Shown: in pieces, positions 55,075 through 64,000 of the stretch
How positions within the stretch are numbered: the first letter of the stretch is position 1
Layout of the letters: every line of letters starts with the position of its first letter
Notes under the pieces: generated by a model
The model's database searches: none
What the model was told of the DNA's origin: nothing
What the model saw: only the letters and a program-made list of their open reading frames with translations
Made by a program: the position numbers and the translations under genes
DNA from: Amoebidium appalachense
Lineage: Eukaryota; Protista; Ichthyosporea
Direction of reading: 5' to 3'
DNA: 64,000 nucleotides
Assembly: GCA_963693365.1 (NCBI GenBank)
Contig: CAVNZM010000005.1
Location: 9,218,334-9,282,333, forward strand

Positions 55075-56294
55075 GAATTTTGTAGTGATGTGTTTCTCAA
55101 GCCAATCAATAAATCTAATAAACAGGTCGTAGTTACGCGTGTTTAGTATAAAATCAAGGATGTTGTAATTTACAGGTAGGCTATCTTTCTGGGTGTCTGT
55201 TGTGAATGTGACGTGTGTGTGTTGCGGTATTATGTGGTCTATCAAACTACATTTGGCGATACATGACCGGTTAAACTGGTGTGTGTGTGTGTTGTTTGGG
55301 CATGCAAATGATGCCACCTTATACATATTAGATCTCAGCCACTGTATAGCACGTGTTCAGTAAAAGCGTGGTAATTGATCAATAATACCGGGCCATCAGC
55401 TAGAGAAAGACCAGTTCTACAGGAAGATAATATGTATTTAGGTGTTATGGCATTTGCGAGTGCCATATTTGGCAATATGGTTGAGGCGGTCAGTATATAT
55501 AAAACGAGACATAAGGCTTAGTTTTTCAAGGTGTATGCTTTCATCGGGTCTAGTGTCGTGTGGTATCTTTTTCCATTTGTTATATTGCGTGATTATCTTG
55601 TGATTGTGTACATGTTTAATAAGTAAGTGGCAGTCCAAAGTCACACACACACTTTTGCGGGGTTTATTTGTATTTGTGCCCAGGGGAGAAGGGGAGAGAG
55701 AGGGAAGGAAAGAGGGGAGAGGTGAGGAGGGGACAGGTCGGATAGAGAAGAGAGGGTGGGAGGGCAAATACTTCTTTAAGCGGCTTATGTGCTTATTGAA
55801 TTTCAGCGCGAGATAGGATACTCTAGCAGCTATTGGGACCAGACCATATATCGAGAGCGTTACAGGCCCAGGTTTACAACAGTTGTTAGATAGAAAGGAG
55901 GCAACTTCTGCTTCAAGGAAATTTGCCAAGGGTTTAAGTGCTCTAGTTCTCTTTTTCTTGATCCAAGCGGCGAGAAGGGGTAAACCATATTCACATGCCG
56001 GGAAGACAAAAGTGCGAATAAATGTAAGTCTAATAGAAGGATGGAGGGGTGTGTCTTTAAAAATATTAGCCGAGAAGAAAGCTAACCGCTTACGAGCCAA
56101 CTCTACCCTCTTTTCGACCATATGGGAAAACATAACACCAACAGAATTAACCGGAGCACCAAGATATTTGTATTCTGGAACTATAGGTACAGGTTTAGAT
56201 GATAATGTAAATGTGTGTGAATTGTTAGCTATATCAGGTACAAGAACACCACATTTGTCTATGTTAAGGATCATAAGGTTTGCCTTGCACCAAA
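55075..56294 (-). mobile_element. 5'-truncated, degenerate non-LTR retrotransposon (LINE) ORF2 fragment
   Basis: ORF 56358-55438 contains WCKANLMILNIDKCGVL, EYKYLG and FIRTFVFPACEYGL, typical of late RT subdomains and thumb. No YADD motif upstream. A broken Cys/His-rich tail follows (IQWLRSNMY...ACPNNTHTHQFNRSCIAKC, 55350-55075). Confidence 0.85.
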
Positions 56295-57056
56295 TGTGTG
56301 TCTGTGTGTGCGCGCGGCACGTGTGTGTGTGTGTGTGTGTGCGTGCGCGTGTGTGCACGTGTGCGCGTGTGCGTGTATGCGTGTGTGTGGTGTGTGTCGC
56401 GATATTTTTTGGGGGGGGATAGGGGGGGGGGGGGGGGGGGGGGGAGGGGAGGGGGGGGGGGGGGGGGGGGAGGTGGGGGGGAGGGGGGAGGAGGGGTGAG
56501 GGTGGGAACGGGGGTATACATCAGTGGCCAAAACGGAAGCAAATTCCTCAAAAAAAAAAAAAAAAAAAAAAAGGGGTAACGAATACTCCTTTGGCGAGTG
56601 GAAAAGACTTTGAGACTCTTGCCATGATCACGCACAAGCGCAGTGAGTGGGGGTTAAGGGGTGAAGGTGTGTGTGTGTGTGGGGGGGGTGGGGTGGAAGG
56701 GGGGGGGGGGGGGGGGGTTGAGAGGGGGGAGGGGGGGAGGGGACCCACGTACGCGCCCATGCAGGTACCTTGGGGAGGGGGGAGGGAAGGCAGGGGAGGA
56801 TCCACCCACCCCCGGAAGGGGTACCCCTCTCCCCCGTTCCGGGGAAGGGGGGAGGGGGGAGGAGGGGGGTAGCACCAAGGGGGACCTCGATATTTACTAC
56901 TCCCCCGGCCTCAAATTTCAAATGCAAAAATCCCCAAGGCCACCTCAGGGCCTGAGAAGAAGGCCTTGCTCCCTTCTCCCCTCTTCCAAGGGGAAAGGAC
57001 CAACGTGCACCCTCCCCGCTGGCGGATGATTCTCCCCCCCAACTCCCCCCTCTTCT

Positions 57057-57101
<45 letters not shown>

Positions 57102-59104
57102 TTGGGTGCGCCGGGTGATTGACTGAACATCTCGAGCTCCTTCCCTTGTCCCCACCCACCGTGACCTGTATTCGTTACGGTCAACTATTGATATTAAGAG
57201 TTAATGTGGGGCAACGTGCTCACTCGTCTGTGCTGTGTTCGTGTGCATTTGACATATGTGTGCGAATACGTCACGGTGTATGCACTGTATCGGTGTGCCA
57301 AATTGATTACGTGTGCTTTTTGTGTGTGTGCTTGTCGCATCGTGCCAGCATGTGTGTGGGGCCATTGGAAACGGTTGTTGTGCCGTTGTCGAATGCAACT
57401 TGCTGTGTTCGATTCCACAAGGCCTCCGATGTATGCGATGCACACATGTGTGTGTGTGTGTTTAACTGCTGTGTGTACATGTGACGTTATGTATGCATGT
57501 GTTTGTGTGTGTGCACGAGTGTGTGTTTGCTACCGTGCCACTGAGTGCTCATGTATGTGTCATTATTAATTCATCGTACCATGACCACGAGTGAGCCTAG
57601 TAGCTTTTATTTGTCTCTGTCTGTGTCGGTACTCTTTGCCCACCCACACGTGCACATGTGTGCAGGTTTTCTGTGACATGTTTTTGTGCAATAGTGAGCC
57701 TGCATGTGTAAGTGTTATTGGGGATGCGTGCACCCACGTTAATGCACTAGAGAGAAAGAGGGGAGAGAGGGGGGGTTGTTACAGGGGAGGGGGATTATAA
57801 GGGAGGGGAGGGAGCGTGGGATGGGGGAGGGGGAAGGAGAAAGAGACTCTCGCTCGGCAGCGGTAGGGGGGGGGGGGGGGGGGGGGGGGGCGGGGGGCGG
57901 GGAGGGGGGGAGGGAGGGGGGAGGGGAGAGGGGGGGGGGGGGGGGGGGGGGGAGGGGGGGGAGGAGGGGGTACAATGGGAGTGAGACAGAAGCAAACCGA
58001 GGGGACAGAAAGTGTGTATATGTGGACGGTGCTTGTGTGTGTGCCTTGAGCGTGTATCTACCTAGTAGGCGCATTCAACGATATGAGTACATGTGTGCCG
58101 TGGTGTTTGCCTTTTTTTGTGTGTGTGACACTTTGCGTGTGTGCGTGTGTACGTGTGTGCCATTATGTACACCACAACACGCGTGTGCGCGGATGTGTGC
58201 GTGGATCTGTGTATGTGTGTGTGTGCCGCAGTCAGAGTGCCGGTCTTTTTCTTGTCAGTATTATGTTAACCCGTGTAAGAGTTTTGGATGCCGCCGTTCA
58301 CACATGTGCGTGCTTCCCATTAAGTAATTTAGAATGGTGAGTGTATGTGGTGCACGTACATGCACAGGTGCTCGTCTTTTCAAGTGCACTTGAGCCTCGT
58401 ACATGTGCTTGCATGGTACATGTGGTAGATACGCCGGTCCAGGGAGCTACGTGCAAAAGTGTGTCGGTGTGTGTGTGTACACATGTGTGCGTGCGCGCGC
58501 TATGCCTTGGGAAGACTGAAGACAGGCCCCATCCATGAGGGCAGGAGGCTCCGGGGGGGGGGGGGGGGGGCGGGAAAAAAAAAAAGGGGGGGGGGGGGGG
58601 GGGGGGGGGGATGGGACGGGAAGGGGATGCCCGTAGTGTGTAGTCGGAGTTTCAACTGATCAAGACCTCCTGATGTTTCAAGTTTACGATGCCGTGCATA
58701 CTTGCATATCTTTCCGTTGATTAAATCCAGTCAAAAGAAAAAAAGATTTGGCAATGTATGTAAACCACAGTAAATCATAGCGCTGTCATATGATCATGAC
58801 ACTTGATATAGTAAAGGCAGCCTAGGTCCCTTCCCCCCTTCCCCCCCCCCCCCTCCCCCCCCTCCCCCCCCTCCCCTCCCCTCCTGGCTATCCGGAGGGG
58901 TGGGTGGGTTCTCCCCCCTACCCCCCCCCCCCTCCCCCTCCCCACCCCCTCACCCCTTTTTTTGGGCAGCAAGAAATACCCCCAGTCCTCCTCCCCCTCC
59001 CCTCCCCCCCCCCCCCCCCCCCCCCCCGTTTTCAAACACAAGTTTCCCGGACGGGAGGAAGGACGGTACTTACCACCAGCATGAGGGGGGACGTTGATAC
59101 CTGG

Positions 59105-59155
<51 letters not shown>

Positions 59156-59595
59156 CCCACAAATCAATTCCAAAAACCCCAAAGTTATCGAGTCCGCCCC
59201 CCACCATAATGTGAATATGGCCTTGTGTACGGGAACCCTCTAAGTTAGTGCTGGCCCCTGCCGTTGTGCAGGGAGAGAGCCCTTAAATCCGAATGTTTAT
59301 CAATTTCTATCCACAAGTTCTTGATGGGCAGTGGTGTTCCTTTCCCTAATCGACGTTTTCATGATGTGTTTCCCTACTCCTCTCACCCGCACACACCGCA
59401 TGCACTCACTTGCACTAATACTTTGTCGGCTTCCACATTCAATTTGCACGTCCGCAACAAAGTGCACCCAATGATCCACTGATAATCAGCCAGCAATTCT
59501 AGAATATTGCTCCCACACTCCCCAGAGTTTGACCTGTTCTCCTTGAACCCCTGAGCCCTTTTTTTCGTGTCTGTCAGACTTACTGCCCCTGCCCC

Positions 59596-59631
<36 letters not shown>

Positions 59632-59969
59632 CCCCCCCCCCCCCCCCCCCCCCCTCCCCCCCCGGCCCCTCCCCCCCCCCCCCTCCCCGTCCCCCCCCCC
59701 CCCCCCCCTCGGGGCCTCACCGTCACCAACCCTCCCCCCTCCCCCCCCCCCCCCCCCCCTCCCCCTCCCCTTTCCCTTTCTACACACGCATGGTCCGTTT
59801 TTTTACATGAACAACACAAAAACACGTGGCTAGCACGTTCAACGTAAAAGCACACACGTACACAAATCTTTGGCTCTTTAGCGACGCATGTTTCCTCCGC
59901 ACCACGGGTGTCACAGTGTATTAGACGTGTGTGTGTGCACATGCATGTGTGTGTGTTTGTGTGTGTGCG

Positions 59970-60010
<41 letters not shown>

Positions 60011-60476
60011 CTGTGTATGTGTATCATGAGCCATCTTCAAATTTTCATAGGTGAGCTCTGGTAAGGGTCTGATGTGGCAATGTGGTCATGCCATGGCATT
60101 GCATCTCGACGGTTTGTCGAATTCAACCAATCGCGAGTGTGTTTCAAGTCATTATTATTGTTGCCCGGCGCTGTATGTTTACATGACAATATGAGGGGCA
60201 AACAAAACCAAGAACAAACAAACAAACAAAAAAAAAAAAAAAAAAAAAACAGAAAGATGATTGAGCCGTACATGGCCATGGCCGTTGACCGTTAAATAGT
60301 AATGCTTTTACAGTAAATCGCCAAAAAGAAACACAGAAGGAGCATGAGGCAAATAACAACAAAGGGGAAGCGCGCCGGCCATACGCATACAAAAAAAGGA
60401 AAAGGGCGGTGATAAATATAAAAAAAAAAACAAAGAAAAAGAACGGAAGGTTGTGCACCCCTGCGTCGGGGGCCAT

Positions 60477-60548
60477 AGGGACCAGCCAGATTCGAACTAG
60501 CGACCTATCGGGCTGCAACCGATTGCTCTACCACTGAGCTATAGCCCC
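60477..60548 (-). tRNA. tRNA-Cys(GCA), intronless
   Basis: GGGGCTATAGCTCAGTGGTAGAGCAATCGGTTGCAGCCCGATAGGTCGCTAGTTCGAATCTGGCTGGTCCCT folds as a full cloverleaf. Anticodon GCA, U73 discriminator, A and B boxes, T-run terminator about 35-40 nt downstream. Confidence 0.93.
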
Positions 60549-61022
60549 TTCCGATACCTGATTGGCACCTTGCAGCTAATTATACACAAAATCGCAGTCG
60601 GCGATTGAGAATGGTCGCTATTCTAGAGCTGCTATAGCATCGCTTTTGCGAACGTTTCTCAGTCAACATAGCACTATATATATCAGAGCAACGTTGGACC
60701 CATCCGCTGTCTGGGACTCTCTGGTACCTTTTGAATCTCCCTATCAACATGATGGCACGTTATCTAGAGATCTCGTGAATGAAATAAACAACCAGCAACC
60801 AGGTTCGCTAGCTGCAATTGCCGCAATGCAGCTCGTATCGCGTACAATGTCTGTGACTCAAATGCAGCATATTTCTTATTTTCTGGGGGGGGTAGTACTA
60901 TATATTATACTTGTGTTCGATACGCATCATTAACCTCCCCCCCCCCCCCCCCCCCCCTCCCCCCCCCTTCCCCCCTCTTGACTCCGTCCAATACCCACAC
61001 ACACACATACCCACACACACAT

Positions 61023-61070
<48 letters not shown>

Positions 61071-61685
61071 GATACACACATTCCAGCACACCCACATGTA
61101 CAGGTCCCCCCTCCCCCCCCCCTCCCCCCCCTCCCCCCCCCCCCCCCCCCCCCCCCCCTCCCCCCCGACTCCTCAGACAGCCTCCATAAGTTTCTCACAC
61201 CTGCCGCAACCTCCTTCCGAACCGTTTTAATCAGGCAAAAAGTTTAATGTTATATAACGGCCGTTAGTTCGATACTCAAAGATATAACCAATATGGCTCT
61301 AGCCTAATAGATATTAATAACATGTACAGCCCAGTCACGTTTAAGGACTCCATATTAATTTTGTTCATGCAACCAAGAGCACTTTTTCTGCCTACTCGGT
61401 TTTTTACTCATACTAATGTTGGAGTTACAAAAAGGTTAATAATTATATATATATATATATATTAGAAAGTCCGGTATAGCTTAACGAACTACGAAACGAT
61501 TCATTATACACGTTTGTAGATAACTCTATTGCTTGATATGGTTCAACATAAATAAATGAGGAACCGCAATTCTTCCTGCAATTACACTCAATATTGAACG
61601 GAATACCAAGTTAGAAGCTGGGACCCGTGGTTGTGTAATGCGTGCATGTGTGTGTATGTCACAGTGTGGTGTGTTTGTGTGTGTT

Positions 61686-61725
<40 letters not shown>

Positions 61726-61760
61726 TGTGTGCATGCATGTGTCAAGGGATAGGGGAGGAA

Positions 61761-61797
<37 letters not shown>

Positions 61798-62189
61798 AAT
61801 GAAAGTGGACGCTTAACGTTGCAGCCATGCAGACACTGCACAATAGATTTTCATTCGGAAGGTTTTGCTTCTTTATAATTTGTTTTCGGGAACTAGTGTC
61901 ATTGATTAATTATTCACTGCAGCCCTTCTCATTCATTCATTGATGATGTCATATCTATACACGATGTCTCATTCACTTACTGTGGCTTTACAACTAATTA
62001 CGCTCCAAAAATCATGAAATTAACAATAATATACAAGCTTCCTTAACAAGCATATTCGTATGTGTATATGAGTAATAACAGAGAACTTCAAATGAAAAGG
62101 TGGGCGAACCAATCGGCACGTGTGTGGGTATGTATGTATGCGCGCACCTCTGTATGGTGCATGTGTGTGCCCGTAAACATGTGTGCCTG

Positions 62190-62230
<41 letters not shown>

Positions 62231-62286
62231 GATTAAGGGGTGGGTGGGGTCGGGGGGGGGGGGAGGGGGGGGGGGGGGGGGGTCGA

Positions 62287-62804
62287 TTACGGCTCCTTGC
62301 CGATGCACGTTGCCAGGTGGCTCTCATAGGCAGAGGCAGCATGATCCGACACCTAGAGGGGAAAAGAAAAAAAAAAGAAAAAAAAAGAAAAATGGCAATG
62401 AGTGGAGAAAAATACAAGTGAAAAGTGGAAAAAACCACACTGAAGACAGAAACAGAGACAGTGACTTGTGTTTGCCGCTGCCGATTGTACACTATGGCAA
62501 GTGAGTGAGGGAGCAAAACACCGGGGGGGGGGGGGGGGGGGGGGGGGAGGGGGGGGGGGGGGAATACTCGACAACCACTCTCCCCCCTCCCCCCCCCCCC
62601 CCCCCCCCCCCCCCGGGCGCCCTTTCTCCTTTCTCCTACTCTTCCCGATCCCCTCGTCCCCTAAACTCTTCCTATTTTTGGCAGAGATCTTTCCCACTTG
62701 CTTCTTTTCTTCCCCCCCCCCCCTCCCCCCCCCCCCCCCCCCCGGTGCACACATACACACCACTACTCTATCTCAAACTCCACCCCCGGACCCCCATCCC
62801 CCCA

Positions 62805-62847
<43 letters not shown>

Positions 62848-63750
62848 CTCCCCCCTTCTGTCTCTCCCTCTACATCGTCAGATGAAAACCTGCTAATCAA
62901 GATCCCATTTCTTCATGTGGGCATAGTCTAAAGATGAACACCCACCATCGTGCGACTGAAGACTATCTCACTGAACTGTTCCGGTGGACTCTGTCGTGGC
63001 TCACAGCTCCTGTGTGATTTATGTCCATTAGTTAGGAGAAAATATCCGGTGGATAGGAATAAATGTCGGCTAGTTGGGTAATATGGCGGGTAGATAAAAA
63101 GGAATAGTATGTGGTCGGGAGATACATCGGGTAGTTGGGAGACATACTGGATAGGAAGGAGATATAACAGGCAGTATTGGACAGGAAGGAGATATAACAG
63201 GCAGTTAGGAGATATATCAGGCAGTTGGGAGATTGGGTATTTGACGGATATCATATCGGATATTTGGGAGATACATCGGGTAGTTGGGAGATAAAACGGG
63301 TAGTTGGGAGATAAATTGGGTAGCTGAGAGAGATATCGGGTAGTTGGAAGCTGTATCAGGTACAGTACTTAGAGCTATATCAGGTGGTTGTGGCAAGCAA
63401 CAAGAACATTGCCAAGCTAAACTGCATCGTGCCCGCCCCCTCCCTGTCCCACCCCCCCCCCCCCCCCCCCCCCCCCCCGGTTTCTTTTTGCCTTTGCCGT
63501 TGGGTGTGAGCAGTTGTATATATATTTACTAGATGGTGGGTGGGTGGATGAATGTGAGGGGTAGTACTCGGTGTTGAGGGAGGGGTGTGTGTGTGTGTGT
63601 GTGTTGGGGGAAGGGGTGACCGCGGGGGGGGGGGGGGGGGGGGGGGGAGGGGGGGGGAGGGGGGTTATTACTCTGGGTCGGATTGTTTCCCCTTGAGATG
63701 TTCAAGCCACACGAGCTTGCCGGGTGGGTAGAGTTTGGGATGCTGCATCG
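62287..63750 (-). CDS. Class 3 lipase (diacylglycerol lipase-like), last three exons; gene continues beyond window
   Basis: Exons (minus) 63750-63672, 63009-62946, 62352-62287 splice in frame to MQHPKLYPPGKLVWLEH...PPEQFSEIVFSRTMVSDHAASAYESHL...-TAA. This matches the LYPPGxI / FxEIxxSxxMxxDHxxxxY pattern carrying the catalytic His of DAGL-type lipases. Confidence 0.8.
63068..63350. repeat. Degenerate minisatellite (GGGAGATACATCGGGTAGTT-like, about 20-22 bp) in lipase intron
   Basis: Repeated GGTAGTTGGGAGATA and GGAGATATAACAGGCAGT units. Confidence 0.85.
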
Positions 63751-64000
63751 CTGTTGTTGTTGGGTGGGAGGTTAATATTAATGATGGAAATCCGACATAT
63801 TGTGTGCACATGCGCATGCTTGGGGTCTCCACTTCTCGGGTGGGGGGTGGGGGGTTGGAGGGGGGAGAAGAAGGAGGGGAGGGGGGGGGGGGGGGGAGGG
63901 AGGGAGGGAGAAGGGAGGGAAGAGGGAGGGGAGGGAGTATCAGATCAGAGACGACGATTTCGAGAGCGGGTAACATGAAAGACAAGGCAAGGACAGGGGC

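Noticed and set aside
56591-56645. LASGKDFETLA resembling a parvulin motif
   Set aside because: Isolated short match without supporting exons.
59383-59440. KVLVQVSACGVCG resembling a zinc alcohol dehydrogenase N-terminus
   Set aside because: No downstream SD/GHE exon could be found, and a perfect GTGAGT donor falls inside the motif.

Overview
Eukaryotic, intron-rich genomic window using the standard code, probably from a protist (taxon not determinable here). Introns and intergenic DNA are filled with (GT)n/(CA)n/(GA)n microsatellites and long C/G homopolymers, so almost all ORFs in the supplied track are low-complexity artefacts. I reconstructed the real genes by hand-splicing exons. In order: last exon of an ETF beta subunit (+); an 11-exon CCaMK-like Ca2+/calmodulin kinase with visinin-like EF-hands and a C-terminal PH domain (-); a 9-exon two-domain glyoxalase I (+); an ankyrin + SOCS-box + NAC/HYPK-type UBA protein with a GC-AG intron (+); a membrane-anchored permuted papain-fold (PPPDE/LRAT-like) protein (-); a MYDGF homologue (+); an intronless UNC-93-like MFS transporter (-); a 2.2-kb non-autonomous hAT element with an 8-bp TSD; a 5'-truncated LINE; tRNA-Cys(GCA); and the last three exons of a class-3 (DAGL-like) lipase (-). 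The most unusual signals are the kinase-EF-PH and ANK-SOCS-UBA architectures, intronic echo copies of exon ends plus donor sites that diverge mostly synonymously, and introns with complementary G/GU-rich and C/CA-rich halves whose acceptors often lack a pyrimidine tract. Product calls rest on motif recognition from memory; no database search was run.
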